Assembly: GCA_965373035.1 (NCBI GenBank)
Contig: CBDVEP010000001.1
Coordinates: 272 to 64,271, forward strand
Length of the DNA: 64,000 nt
Origin: an uncultured bacterium
Lineage (GTDB): Bacteria > Spirochaetota > JAHITG01
Direction of reading: 5' to 3'
Shown here: positions 27,675 to 38,387 of the stretch, one piece after another
Numbering within the stretch: position 1 is the stretch's first letter
How the letters are laid out: every line of letters starts with the position of its first letter
Translations under genes and position numbers: made by a program
Notes under the pieces: generated by a model
Database searches by the model: none
Told to the model about the DNA's origin: nothing
Seen by the model: the letters and a program-made list of their open reading frames with translations, nothing else

Positions 27675-29087
27675 TTAAATATCATAATAAAGTGAGAATT
27701 CATAAGGATGTGGTCTTTGATTAATTTTACCTGCTTCTTCTCTTTTATATTCAAGCCATTTATCAATAACATCCATAGTAAAAACATTTCCTTCCAGTAA
27801 AAATTTATAATCTTTTTCTAATGAATCAAGTGCATCTTCAAGAGAAACCGGCACATTCTTAATTTTCTTTAATTCTTTTTCAGACATAGAGAAAAGGTCA
27901 CCTTCAAGTGGTTTTCCCGGATCTATACGGTTCCTTATACCATCCAGTCCAGCCATTAATATGGCAGGGAAATACAGATACGGATTAGCAGAAGGATCAC
28001 CAGAGCGGAATTCTATTCTCTTGCTCTTTGGATTTTCCGAATAAACAGGAATCCTGACAGCAGCACTTCTGTTGCCTGCAGAATAAACAAGATTTACAGG
28101 AGCTTCAAATCCAGGGACTAATCTTTTGTAAGAATTTGTAGTTGGAGCACCAAAAGCCATAATAGCTTTTGCATGTTTAAAAATACCGCCTATAAACCAT
28201 AATCCAAGCTGGCTTAAAGAAGCATATCCTTTTTTATCATAAAAAAGATTGTTACTTCCTTTCCATAAGCTGACATGCACATGCATACCATTTCCATTAT
28301 CATTAAAAATAGGTTTCGGCATAAAAGTAACAGTCTTGTTATACTTATAAGCTGTGTTTTTAATGATATATTTAAACATCATTAAATTATGTGCCTGTTC
28401 AACTAAAGGGGAATATTTAATATCGATCTCAGCCTGTCCTCCTGATGCTACTTCATGATGATGAACTTCAATTGGCAAACCTACTTTCTGCAGGTTCATC
28501 ACCATTTCACTTCGAAGATCCTGAAATTTATCATGTGGGGGACAGGGAAAGTATGCTTCCTTATACCTCATCTTATAACCAAGATTAGGCTTTTCTTCTT
28601 TACCTGTATTCCAGTCACCTTCAATAGAATCAATATAATGGTAGCCATAATTTTCACCAAAATCAAAACGAATGTCATCAAAAATAAAAAATTCAGCTTC
28701 AGGCCCCCAGAAACTTTCATCCGCTATTCCTGTTTCTTTTAAATATTTTTCAGCTTTTTTAGAAATAAAACGAGGGTCCTTAGAATAAGGTTTCCTTGTC
28801 CTTGGGTCATAAATATCACAGGATATACTGGCAGTAGGATGTTCCAGCAATGGCTCGATAAAAACAGTATCAAGATCCGGTATTAGAACCATATCACTTT
28901 TCTGGATACCCTGGAATCCACGAATACTGGAACCATCAAACCCAATTCCTTCAGTTAAAATATTTTCTTCAAATTCTCTAATTGGAACTGAAAAATGCTG
29001 CCATAAGCCTGGCATATCATTAAATTTGAGATCAATCATTTCAATCCCATTTTTTTTAAAAAACTCAAACAAATCTTTTGGTGTCAT
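27675..29087 (-). CDS. glnA: Glutamine synthetase, type I
   Basis: Full-length GSI architecture (~470 aa, N-terminal beta-grasp, catalytic domain motifs). Confidence 0.85.
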   Translation of the reverse strand: MTPKDLFEFFKKNGIEMIDLKFNDMPGLWQHFSVPIREFEENILTEGIGFDGSSIRGFQGIQKSDMVLIPDLDTVFIEPLLEHPTASISCDIYDPRTRKPYSKDPRFISKKAEKYLKETGIADESFWGPEAEFFIFDDIRFDFGENYGYHYIDSIEGDWNTGKEEKPNLGYKMRYKEAYFPCPPHDKFQDLRSEMVMNLQKVGLPIEVHHHEVASGGQAEIDIKYSPLVEQAHNLMMFKYIIKNTAYKYNKTVTFMPKPIFNDNGNGMHVHVSLWKGSNNLFYDKKGYASLSQLGLWFIGGIFKHAKAIMAFGAPTTNSYKRLVPGFEAPVNLVYSAGNRSAAVRIPVYSENPKSKRIEFRSGDPSANPYLYFPAILMAGLDGIRNRIDPGKPLEGDLFSMSEKELKKIKNVPVSLEDALDSLEKDYKFLLEGNVFTMDVIDKWLEYKREEAGKINQRPHPYEFSLYYDI

Positions 29088-29147
29088 AATTTGTTCCTCC
29101 TAATTATAGTTTATTTTATAGACTATTGTCTATGTATATTTATTAAA

Positions 29148-29162
29148 GCAAAAGATGTGCCA
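29148..29162 (-). promoter_or_regulatory. Sigma-54 promoter of glnA
   Basis: Minus-strand TGGCAC-ATCTT-TTGCT about 60 nt upstream of the glnA ATG. Confidence 0.7.
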
Positions 29163-29352
29163 AGCTGTTTTTATAATTATTTGATATATAATAGATTATA
29201 AAATTTATTTATTAATGAATTTCCTTAATTGCACAAATTTCAGTCATTATATAATAAACCTTAATTTGATGCATAATTTTTATTCATTTTTTATTTGACA
29301 TAATGTTTTAAGAACCTATATTAATTTTAATTAAAAACAAGAGGATAAGAAA

Positions 29353-31392
29353 ATGATTTATTCTGATAAAAAGTTAGAAGCATTAAATAATATTTTAATT
29401 TCTCTTAATCATTCTGACACCCCCTTAGAAATGCTGAATTACTTAATGGACAATTGTATTAAAATCACCAGTGCTAATTCAGGCAGCATTATGCTTATAA
29501 ATCCTGAGACAAATATCCTTGAAATTAAAGTTGTCAGGGGTCTTAAAAAAAACACAGTTAAAAATGTACTTTTAAAAACAGGGGAAGGAGTAACCGGTAA
29601 AGTTGCAGAAACTGGCACTCCTCTTTTAATTAATAATGTAAAAGAAGTAGATTATTATGTAAGAATCAGAGATGACCTTAAATCAGAACTGGCTGTACCA
29701 CTTATAACCAAGGAAAAAATTGTAGGCGTTTTAAGTGTGGACTGCAATAAAATAAATGCTTTTTCTGAAGAAGATCTCAACCTACTTCAATTAATTTCTA
29801 ATATAGTTGTTCAAATCCTGAAAAAAGAAAATATTATTAATGAGTTAAAAGATAAAATTAATCAACAGATTTTACTTTTAAAAATAGCAGAAGTTCTTGA
29901 AAATCCTGATAAGCTTGATGAAATATTCCATAACATTATGAATATCTTATCAAGCTTTTTTCCCATTAAACGGGGAATGATGGTTTTGTTGTCAACAGAC
30001 AAAAAATTAAAAATATTTCAGGGATACAGATTAAGTGAAGAAGCTGTAAACAGAGGAGTTTATGAAATTGGTGAGGGGATTACAGGCAAAGTTGTAAAAA
30101 CCGGTGAACCTATATGTATTAAAAATATTTTTACTAATCCTGAATTTTTAAACAGAATGAAAATCAGAAGAAATAAAAAAGAAATAAGTTCATTCTTTGC
30201 TGTTCCTATTAAATATAATAAAAAAGTTGGCGGGGTGCTTTCTATTGAAAAAAACTTTATTGACGATACTAATTTTCAAAGCACCAAAGAGACATTAATA
30301 TTAATCTCATCCCTTATCTCTTATAAAGTAGCTAATTATGAAAAAATGGAAAATGAAAGAAATGATCTTATCGCAAAAAATCTCGAGTTAAAAGAAAAAT
30401 TAGGCATAAAAGAAACTGAACCTGATTTGATAGGAAATAATATTAAAATCCGGGAAATATTAGAAACAATTAACATTATTGCAAATACAGATGCTACAAT
30501 TCTTATAACCGGTGATACCGGTACTGGAAAAGAAGTTGTTGCAAAAAAAATTCATTTTACAAGCAATCGATCTGTTCATCCATTTATAAGCATTAACTGT
30601 GCAGCCATTCCTGACAATTTACTGGAGTCTGAATTATTTGGGTATAAAAAAGGAGCATTTACAGGAGCGACTTCAGATAAAAAAGGAAAATTTTTACTCG
30701 CCCATAAAGGTACTATTTTTTTAGATGAAATAGGTGATCTTGATTTAAACCTTCAATCCAAACTGCTGCGTGTTATCCAGGAAAAGACACTTGAACCCCT
30801 GGGAGATGAAAAAAGCATAAAAGTGGATATCAGGATTATTACAGCTACAAATAAAAACCTGCAGCAGTTGGTAAAAGAAAATAAATTCAGGGAAGACCTT
30901 TATTACAGAATTAATGTTATATCATTTCATATACCCCCTTTGCGAGAACGCAAGGATGATATACCTTTTTTTATTAATTATTTTATTGAAAAATATAACA
31001 AGAAATATAAGAAAAAAATCACAGAAATTACTCCTAACTGTCTTACAATTTTAATAAATCATAAGTGGCCGGGTAATATAAGAGAGCTGGAAAATGTTAT
31101 TGAACGGGCAATTATTTTATCTACTTATAATGTTATAGATGAAACTGCTATTCCGTCAAATATTATTAAAAGTGAAGGAGATACTGTTCGTTTAGAAAAT
31201 TTCCTTTTAAAAGAAATAGGAATTAATCCTTCCGGAAGTATTCACAAAAATATTGTTGAAAAAATAGAAAAATTCCTTATTGATTATGCCCTGGTTAAAT
31301 CAAATAACAAACAAACAGAAGCATCCCAGTTTCTGGGTATCCACAGAAATACATTACGTGAAAAGATAAAATATTATAAAATAAATAAATAA
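29353..31392 (+). CDS. Sigma-54-dependent transcriptional activator with two N-terminal GAF domains (NifA-like)
   Basis: GAF x2, AAA+ sigma-54 interaction domain (GDTGTGKE, GAFTGA, ..ESELFGY..), C-terminal Fis-type HTH. Divergent from glnA. Confidence 0.8.
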   Translation: MIYSDKKLEALNNILISLNHSDTPLEMLNYLMDNCIKITSANSGSIMLINPETNILEIKVVRGLKKNTVKNVLLKTGEGVTGKVAETGTPLLINNVKEVDYYVRIRDDLKSELAVPLITKEKIVGVLSVDCNKINAFSEEDLNLLQLISNIVVQILKKENIINELKDKINQQILLLKIAEVLENPDKLDEIFHNIMNILSSFFPIKRGMMVLLSTDKKLKIFQGYRLSEEAVNRGVYEIGEGITGKVVKTGEPICIKNIFTNPEFLNRMKIRRNKKEISSFFAVPIKYNKKVGGVLSIEKNFIDDTNFQSTKETLILISSLISYKVANYEKMENERNDLIAKNLELKEKLGIKETEPDLIGNNIKIREILETINIIANTDATILITGDTGTGKEVVAKKIHFTSNRSVHPFISINCAAIPDNLLESELFGYKKGAFTGATSDKKGKFLLAHKGTIFLDEIGDLDLNLQSKLLRVIQEKTLEPLGDEKSIKVDIRIITATNKNLQQLVKENKFREDLYYRINVISFHIPPLRERKDDIPFFINYFIEKYNKKYKKKITEITPNCLTILINHKWPGNIRELENVIERAIILSTYNVIDETAIPSNIIKSEGDTVRLENFLLKEIGINPSGSIHKNIVEKIEKFLIDYALVKSNNKQTEASQFLGIHRNTLREKIKYYKINK

Positions 31393-31562
31393 AGAACAGT
31401 CATCCCCTTTTTTTCTCACTTTTGATATAACTCTTCTGCTATTATATCTCTTCTTGAAAAATTTAAACAAATAATCAATAATTATTTAAGGATTACCATT
31501 TTCCAACTCTTGAAAAAAATATTTTAATTAAAAAATGAAGGATAATTTAAAGAAGGTTATAA

Positions 31563-31609
31563 TAAGGGAGATAATTCATAAATTTATAAAAATTATCTCC
31601 CTTATATTT
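31563..31609 (+). terminator. Intrinsic terminator after the NifA-like gene
   Basis: 13-bp perfect stem AAGGGAGATAATT / AATTATCTCCCTT followed by ATATTTT. Confidence 0.55.
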
Positions 31610-31621
31610 TATAATTAACTT

Positions 31622-33262
31622 TTAAGAATTTAAAATATTTTTAGCTTTATCATCTGATATATCTGTAATAAATGGGATATCAGTTTCTTTTTCTGTTTCT
31701 CTGTTAGCTGAAAAAATGTCATCACGCGAAATTTCAGTAACTGAAAATTTTCTTGTTCCAGCTAAAAGTTGCTGAACTCCTGCTTTTAATTTATCTGAAA
31801 GAGTCCATACAGCTATAGCACCTAATGGAATATTTTTCATTTCATCTTTTCCAACTTTTTTTTCAACATCATAATACCCTGCAAAAATATCTTCTGGATG
31901 TTCTCCAATATCAGAAACAGCTTTTGGCAGTTTATCCCAATTGCCATTAATTTTCTCTTTCCTGGATGGATCCATTACACCTTCTATGTTTGCACCAAGA
32001 TATCCTGGTATCATAAGTGAGCGTCCCATACAAACTAACTTTGTAAAAGGTGCACCAATCGCCAGTGCTTTAAAAATATGATCTTCTCTTGCCAGTCCAC
32101 CTGCAAAAGCCATATCCACAACATTTTTTCCTTTAGCAGCAAGCATAGATGCATATTCATAAGCTTTTGAATGAAGCAAAACAGATGGAACACCCCATGT
32201 CTCCATCATATTCCATGGGCTCATTCCTGTGCCACCTCCAGATCCGTCTATGGTTAACAAATCCAGTTCTGCATCAGTTGCATACTTAATAGCCATTGCA
32301 AGAGCTTCCATACCATAAGAACCAGTTTTCAGTGATATTCTTTTATATCCCAACTTACGCAAATATTCTACGGATTTCATAAAATCATCCTGGACATCTT
32401 TAGATTCAGAAAGATTGGTATAACCAAGTCTGCTGTGTCTAGCTATGGATTTAATTGAACCATGGTGAAAAGCTTCTATTACTTCATGATTTTCCGGATC
32501 AGGATCAACAATATATCCTCTTTTCTTCAGAAACACGGCATAATCAAGATTTTCAACCTGAATCTCTCCGCCTATTACTTTAGCACCCTGGCCCCATTTT
32601 AACTCTATAATTACTTTATCACCATACTTATCAATTAAATACTCTGCCACTCCATTGCGTGTATCCTCAACATTCATCTGAACAATAATAGCACCATATC
32701 CATCATAATAACGCAGGAATGTATCCACTCTCCTGTCCAATTCAGGTGCTTTCTTTATCCTGCCATCTTCAATAACTGCTTCCTTATCAATTCCAACAAC
32801 ATTTTCACCTACAACAATAGGAAATCCTACAAGTGCAGCTCCTATTGAAAAAGAATCCCAGTATTTTGCTGCAATAAAAGTAGAACCTAAAGCACCTGTC
32901 ATAATTGGCACTCTGGCTTTTGTTTTTATTTTTGACCCGAATTCCACCTCAGTAGTAACATTTGGAAAGATACAATCATCAGGATCATTTGACAATCCAT
33001 TAGCAAGTGCATGGGCTCCATAGAGATATCCCTGTAATCTTAAAGAATTATAAGAGATACCAACATGAGTTGTATTAGCACTTCCAGCAGTTATTTGTGA
33101 AAAATCACGGGGATAAATCAATGCTCTTCCCTTCATACTGGAAAGCCATGTTTCACATTTCCCCTGACAATCTGCACGACATAAAGTACAAAGTCCTGAT
33201 TCAGCAGGATTTCCTCTGTTTACAGTTCCCAGGGCATCATTTGATTTAGGCCATTGAATCAT
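31622..33262 (-). CDS. Archaeal-type glutamate synthase FMN-binding domain protein (GltB domain 2)
   Basis: N-terminal Cys cluster (CTLCRADCQGKC), FMN/Fe-S GOGAT central-domain motifs, ~546 aa. Confidence 0.6.
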   Translation of the reverse strand: MIQWPKSNDALGTVNRGNPAESGLCTLCRADCQGKCETWLSSMKGRALIYPRDFSQITAGSANTTHVGISYNSLRLQGYLYGAHALANGLSNDPDDCIFPNVTTEVEFGSKIKTKARVPIMTGALGSTFIAAKYWDSFSIGAALVGFPIVVGENVVGIDKEAVIEDGRIKKAPELDRRVDTFLRYYDGYGAIIVQMNVEDTRNGVAEYLIDKYGDKVIIELKWGQGAKVIGGEIQVENLDYAVFLKKRGYIVDPDPENHEVIEAFHHGSIKSIARHSRLGYTNLSESKDVQDDFMKSVEYLRKLGYKRISLKTGSYGMEALAMAIKYATDAELDLLTIDGSGGGTGMSPWNMMETWGVPSVLLHSKAYEYASMLAAKGKNVVDMAFAGGLAREDHIFKALAIGAPFTKLVCMGRSLMIPGYLGANIEGVMDPSRKEKINGNWDKLPKAVSDIGEHPEDIFAGYYDVEKKVGKDEMKNIPLGAIAVWTLSDKLKAGVQQLLAGTRKFSVTEISRDDIFSANRETEKETDIPFITDISDDKAKNILNS

Positions 33263-33636
33263 ATAACTCCCTCCTTAATAGTTTATTGATTTATTCAGTA
33301 AATTAGCAGATTAGTATATCATCTACTATTCACATTAAGTTTTAAAACAAAAAATATAATATTATTATTTTTAGTGTCAATTGAATTTTTTAAATTTTAG
33401 AAAAAAACAAGTAAAATTTAATAAAATAAAATTTAAAAAGTACTTTTTTTACTATAAAATAACGATTTTTTAAAAAAATCATATTAAATTTAACTGTTTT
33501 TTAAATGTCTACTTATTGTGCAAATATAATATAAATATATCAAAAAAATTTATTTATAAGGTTACAATATATTGGTTTGAGTTTTATAACTCAAATCAGC
33601 GAATAAAAAACAAATGCTAATCATAAATGTTACCTC

Positions 33637-35019
33637 TTACCCCATAATCCCATATGCTGCCTTCCGTCCCATTTCCATAGCAGCAATAACTGTGGCAGCA
33701 CCTGTTACAATATCTCCACCTGCAAAGACCCCTTTAATAGAAGTCATCATATCTTCATTTGCAACAATTGTTCCCCATTTAGTAATTTCTAATTCAGGTA
33801 GTGATTTAGATATTAAAGGATTAGGTTTCTGACCAATAGCCATAATTAAAGTATTAACATCTATAGTAAATTCAGAGCCTTTTATTGGAACAGGTCTTCT
33901 CCTTCCACTCTCATCAGGTTCCCCTAATTCCATTTTAATACATTTAATTTTTTTAATCCAGCCATTTTCATCTCCCAAAATTTCCACTGGATTTGTTAAA
34001 AAATGAAATTCTATATCTTCTTCCATAGCATGATGAACTTCTTCAATTCGTGCCGGCATCTCTTTTTCAGTTCTTCTATAAACTACTATAACCTTCTCAG
34101 CTCCAAGCCGTTTTGCCACACGGGCTGAGTCCATAGCCACATTCCCCCCACCAACTACTACAACAGGGGAGACTGCTCTAATGGGAGTATGTGATTCATC
34201 TGAAAATGCCAGCATAAGATTATTTCTTGTTAAAAACTCATTAGCAGATAATACGCCATTTAAATTTTCTCCCGGTATATTCATAAATGAAGGTAATCCT
34301 GCTCCTACTGCAATAAAAACTGCTTTAAACTCTTTATCTTTTAAATCTTTCAAAGTCAAAGACTTACCAATAAGAACATTATTAATTATTTTTACACCCA
34401 ACTGCTTAATATAATTAATCTCATTATCAAGAACCCTATGGGGCAGCCTGAATTCAGGAATACCATATCGAAGCACACCACCTGATAAATGAAGGGATTC
34501 AAAAATAGTAACTGAATAACCTTTTTTAGCTAATTCACCAGCACAGGTCAGTCCTGCCGGACCACTGCCTACAACTGCAATCTTAATGTGATTTGACGTA
34601 ATATTTATCTTTTCTGTTATTCCTTCTTTTTCTGCATAATCAGCTACAAATCTTTCCAGTTTACCAATAGCTACGGGCTCACCTTTTTTTCCAAGAGGAC
34701 AATATACCTCACATTGTGTTTCCTGGGGACAAACCCTGCCGCATATACCAGGCAAAGAATTAGTCTCCTTTATCTTTTTATTAGATTCATTATATTTTTT
34801 TTCCTTAATTAGATGTATAAATGCTGGGATATTTATCTCCACCGGGCATCCTTTTATACACTGCCCACATTCAATACAACGTGATGCTTCTTTAATTGCT
34901 TCTTCTTCAGTATATCCAAGGTTTACTTCATCAAAATTTTTAATACGTTTGAAAGGAGACTGTTCTTTAGCTTTTACTTGATTTAACTGCATAACATTCC
35001 TCTTTTTCATAATGTTCAT
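33637..35019 (-). CDS. NADPH-dependent glutamate synthase small-subunit-like / NfnB-type FAD-NAD(P) oxidoreductase with 2x[4Fe-4S]
   Basis: CIECGQCIKGCP.. ferredoxin motifs, Rossmann VAVVGSGPAGLTCAGELAKKG. 460-aa class (GltD/NfnB). Confidence 0.65.
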   Translation of the reverse strand: MNIMKKRNVMQLNQVKAKEQSPFKRIKNFDEVNLGYTEEEAIKEASRCIECGQCIKGCPVEINIPAFIHLIKEKKYNESNKKIKETNSLPGICGRVCPQETQCEVYCPLGKKGEPVAIGKLERFVADYAEKEGITEKINITSNHIKIAVVGSGPAGLTCAGELAKKGYSVTIFESLHLSGGVLRYGIPEFRLPHRVLDNEINYIKQLGVKIINNVLIGKSLTLKDLKDKEFKAVFIAVGAGLPSFMNIPGENLNGVLSANEFLTRNNLMLAFSDESHTPIRAVSPVVVVGGGNVAMDSARVAKRLGAEKVIVVYRRTEKEMPARIEEVHHAMEEDIEFHFLTNPVEILGDENGWIKKIKCIKMELGEPDESGRRRPVPIKGSEFTIDVNTLIMAIGQKPNPLISKSLPELEITKWGTIVANEDMMTSIKGVFAGGDIVTGAATVIAAMEMGRKAAYGIMG

Positions 35020-35818
35020 ATTGTCTATTCCTGTTTAGCAACTCATCAAAATTAACAAGACTGCCATCAAACTCAGGGCCATCCACACAAGCAAATTTTG
35101 TTTCACCGGCAACTTCCACACGGCAACTGCCACACATACCGGTCCCATCCACCATAATAGGATTAAGACTGACAATTGTTTTAACATTATATTTTTTTGT
35201 CAATTCTGTTACTGCTTTCATCATAATTATCGGGCCTATAGCTGTTACCTGATCTACTTTTTCTTTTTCTAAAATTTTCATTAAAGGAGCAAGTACCAAT
35301 CCCTTTTCCCCATAAGAGCCATCATCAGTAGTTATAAATAATTTATCTGAAAATTCTTTTACTTCGTTTTCAAGAAGCAATAAAGACTTTTCCCTGGCAC
35401 CGATTATAGAATAGACTGTATTCCCGGCTTCTTTTAATGCTTTGATTTCCGGATATAACACAGCAGTCCCCACACCGCCTCCAATGCATACTGTTTTACC
35501 AAATTTCTCGATTTCAGCAGGCTGTCCCAAAGGACCAAGAACAGCCTCAACATTATCCCCTACTTTTAATGTGGAAAATATTTCCGTACTCGTACCAACA
35601 ACCTGAAAAACAACTGAAACATCTTCCTTATCAGCATTATATATAGTTAAAGGAATACGCTCACCTGACTTTTTAGGAATTATGATTACAAACTGCCCCG
35701 GTCTGGCATTTTTAACTGCCATAGGAGCATGAATAGTATATTTAAAAACCTGTGAAGCGATCTCTTCTCTTGATTTGATCTCATACATAATAGTCTCCTC
35801 ATAATGTAAATAAGGCAA
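34967..35818 (-). CDS. NfnA/SudB-like FAD/NAD-binding, 2Fe-2S electron-transfer subunit (probable start at MYEIKS.., ~35788)
   Basis: ..ARPGQFVIIIPKKSGERIPLTI.. ferredoxin-NADP reductase-like fold. C-terminal Cys cluster (C..C..C). Paired with the NfnB/GltD-like gene. Confidence 0.55.
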   Translation of the reverse strand: MPYLHYEETIMYEIKSREEIASQVFKYTIHAPMAVKNARPGQFVIIIPKKSGERIPLTIYNADKEDVSVVFQVVGTSTEIFSTLKVGDNVEAVLGPLGQPAEIEKFGKTVCIGGGVGTAVLYPEIKALKEAGNTVYSIIGAREKSLLLLENEVKEFSDKLFITTDDGSYGEKGLVLAPLMKILEKEKVDQVTAIGPIIMMKAVTELTKKYNVKTIVSLNPIMVDGTGMCGSCRVEVAGETKFACVDGPEFDGSLVNFDELLNRNRQYEHYEKEECYAVKSSKS

Positions 35819-35857
35819 AAAATTAATAATTTAATTTTTAAAAGCAAGAATAAATTT

Positions 35858-35966
35858 ATGGGAACATCGATTTACTATATAATGTTGTTCCCATACAGGG
35901 CATTAATACCTTGAAAAACCACATTTAAATAAAAAATAAGAGGTTTTTCAAGATGCCCTTTTATAA
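35858..35966 (+). terminator. Two consecutive stem-loops ending in a T-run, oriented for plus-strand transcription where no plus-strand gene is annotated (candidate sRNA 3' end or orphan terminator)
   Basis: Hairpin 1 ATGGGAACA..TGTTCCCAT (35858-35894). Hairpin 2 GGGCAT-taatac-CTTGAAAAACC..GGTTTTTCAAG-ATGCCC (35898-35958) followed by TTTTATAAAAAAATT. Confidence 0.4.
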
Positions 35967-36039
35967 AAAAATTGTAATTATTCAGGTATTACAGTTAAAT
36001 TACATTTTTATGTAGTGTAAGCTTTAGTACCTTTATACA

Positions 36040-36915
36040 CTATCCCATTGATCCCATTGTAGCAAAACTAAAAATTTCATTAAAATGAATCCTGGGCAAT
36101 TTCCCGCGGCACATAAATATTGTAGAACTTATAATTATAAAATTGTGTCTGGTTAATATCTTTTTTGCTGTTTTGTTTGTTGAAGGGATATCTAAAAATA
36201 TTTTTTTTCCGGATTTCAAATTTGAAAGAGAAGAAACAAATAGTTTTTCAGCTATATCTTCATCTCCTCCTTTTAATTCCCATGGTCCTATGGTAATTAT
36301 TTTACCTGTATTTTTATACATTATAAATCCATGAGAATTTGGATAGAATAAAGAATTATGCGAAGATGAAAGCCGGAAAATTAAAGAACCCCTTTCATCT
36401 CTCCATAATGATGTATCTAACTTTATAAAACGTGTTGTCTCAGGAATAGTTTCCTGTAGAATTGCTTTACTATTTTTAGATTTTTTTGACCTGCCCTGCC
36501 AACGGTTTATTTGCATAACTTTTTTAAATCCAAATTTTTCATATAATCCTTTTGCTTTTAAGGCAGCATTTAAATAAATCTGCTTTTTTTTCATTTTATC
36601 CAAATACTCAATGGCACTTGATAAAAGTTTTTTGCCTATAGCCTCTCCACGATGTTCTTTAGCAACAATTAAATTACCTATCCACGAACTTTTTGCATAA
36701 CTAAAAGTCATAACAGAACCAATAACTTTTTTATTTTTAACACAAACAAAACAACCTAATGGATTAAATTCAAGAAACATTTGAAATTCAACTATATCAG
36801 ATATCCAGCCCTCTTTAGCTGTTATTTGTAAAATAGCTGGCAGATCTTTTTTTGTCATATATCTGATTTGCATAGTTTTTTCCTTACTTTCCTTATTATT
36901 GAAACTATTGAACAA
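36040..36915 (-). CDS. GNAT-family N-acetyltransferase (tandem acetyltransferase-like domains), last gene of the nif-linked minus-strand cluster
   Basis: ..IGKKLLSSAIEYL.. acetyl-CoA-binding-like motif. Its C-terminal fragment is duplicated at 16330-16565. Confidence 0.5.
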   Translation of the reverse strand: MFNSFNNKESKEKTMQIRYMTKKDLPAILQITAKEGWISDIVEFQMFLEFNPLGCFVCVKNKKVIGSVMTFSYAKSSWIGNLIVAKEHRGEAIGKKLLSSAIEYLDKMKKKQIYLNAALKAKGLYEKFGFKKVMQINRWQGRSKKSKNSKAILQETIPETTRFIKLDTSLWRDERGSLIFRLSSSHNSLFYPNSHGFIMYKNTGKIITIGPWELKGGDEDIAEKLFVSSLSNLKSGKKIFLDIPSTNKTAKKILTRHNFIIISSTIFMCRGKLPRIHFNEIFSFATMGSMG

Positions 36916-37633
36916 TAACAGTTTGTTTCTCCTTATGACAATTACAAGGTTTATTTTCCATTATCATCCTGCAGTCAGTTTTTTTAAATATATTTTCAGG
37001 TGAATCAATTTGAATAATTTTTCCATTATTTAACACTGCAACTCTATCAGCCAATGAGAAAGCTTCTTCAAAACAATGTGTAACATATATAGTAGTCATT
37101 CGCAGTTTTTTTTGGAGCTTTTGGATTTCAATTTTTAAATTTCCGGCAGTATTGAAATCCAGACTGTTTAATGGTTCATCTAAAAGCATGATTTCAGGAG
37201 ATGGAGCAATTGTTCTGGCTAAAGCAACTCTCTGTTTTTCACCTCCGCTTAAATCTTTAGGAAAGCGTGCGGCAAGATGTTTGATATTCATTAATTCTAA
37301 CAATTCATCAACTATAAAATTTATTTCTTTTTGTGATTTTTTTTGGACATGGAGACCATAAGCTATATTTGAACTTACATCCATATGAGGAAATAAAATT
37401 AAATTCTGAAAAAGATAACCTGCTTTTCTCTGGCACAGGGGAAAGCTATCTACCGGTGTATTATTAAATAATACTGAACCTTTATATTCAATAAGTCCTG
37501 CAATTATATTAAGTAAAGTAGTCTTCCCGGCTCCTGTCTCTCCCCAGAGGACTAAAAATTCTTTATCAGATACTTCAAGATTGATATTATCAAGTATAAA
37601 ATTATTTATATTTTTTAATTTAATATCAGGCAT
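36905..37633 (-). CDS. ABC transporter ATP-binding protein (NitT/TauT-type); ORF extends to 37687 but the start is probably MPDIKL
   Basis: Walker A GETGAGKTT, signature LSGGEKQRVALAR, Walker B LLDEP. Confidence 0.7.
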   Translation of the reverse strand: MPDIKLKNINNFILDNINLEVSDKEFLVLWGETGAGKTTLLNIIAGLIEYKGSVLFNNTPVDSFPLCQRKAGYLFQNLILFPHMDVSSNIAYGLHVQKKSQKEINFIVDELLELMNIKHLAARFPKDLSGGEKQRVALARTIAPSPEIMLLDEPLNSLDFNTAGNLKIEIQKLQKKLRMTTIYVTHCFEEAFSLADRVAVLNNGKIIQIDSPENIFKKTDCRMIMENKPCNCHKEKQTVIVQ

Positions 37634-37634
37634 T

Positions 37635-38387
37635 TTATCTCCATTTATAAGTTGATTTATTTTCAATAAAAATAAAAAATTTTTCAAAAGAAAGGCACAT
37701 TACTGCTAAAACTATAAGGCATACTATGATTATATCTATACGCAGCAGGTTTTCTGCTCTCATTAGCATTGCACCAATACCAGTAGGAATTGCAACCATC
37801 TCAGCGGCAATTATTACTCTCCATGCCATACCTGCTTCCAGCCTTAAACCTGTAAATATATTAGGCAGTGCCAGTGGTATCATAATTGTTGTTAATATTT
37901 TCCATTCAGATGCCCCAAGGCTCTGTGCTGCTTTAATATAATTTTTATTTACGCCCCTTATACCTGTAACTGTATTATAAAGGATAGGAAAAAATGAGCA
38001 TATAAATATTATCATAATTGGAAGTATCTCATTTATTCCAAACCATAACATTAAAATTGGCAGCCAGCCAAGAGCTGGAATAGGATAAAACAAACTTAAT
38101 ATCGGATGTGTGATTTTATGTATTCTTTCTTCATAACCCATTATAATTCCTATTATTATACCAGCTATGGACCCGCATGTAAGACCTATTAAAACTCTAA
38201 TAAGACTGCTTAGGAAATTGTTTATTAAAACTCCACTGGCTGTTAAATGGTAAAATTCTTTAATTATAGTGGTAAAAGGAGGGAAAAAGAAATATCCTGG
38301 TATAAGTTTTAACCTGACAATAATTTCCCATGCTAATAAAAAAACAAGTACAGGAATTATACTATATACAGCTTTTATCTTTTTCAT
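37635..38387 (-). CDS. ABC transporter permease (NitT/TauT family)
   Basis: Six TM segments; EAA-like loop region ..AAQSLGASEWKILTTIMIPLALP... Confidence 0.65.
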   Translation of the reverse strand: MKKIKAVYSIIPVLVFLLAWEIIVRLKLIPGYFFFPPFTTIIKEFYHLTASGVLINNFLSSLIRVLIGLTCGSIAGIIIGIIMGYEERIHKITHPILSLFYPIPALGWLPILMLWFGINEILPIMIIFICSFFPILYNTVTGIRGVNKNYIKAAQSLGASEWKILTTIMIPLALPNIFTGLRLEAGMAWRVIIAAEMVAIPTGIGAMLMRAENLLRIDIIIVCLIVLAVMCLSFEKFFIFIENKSTYKWR

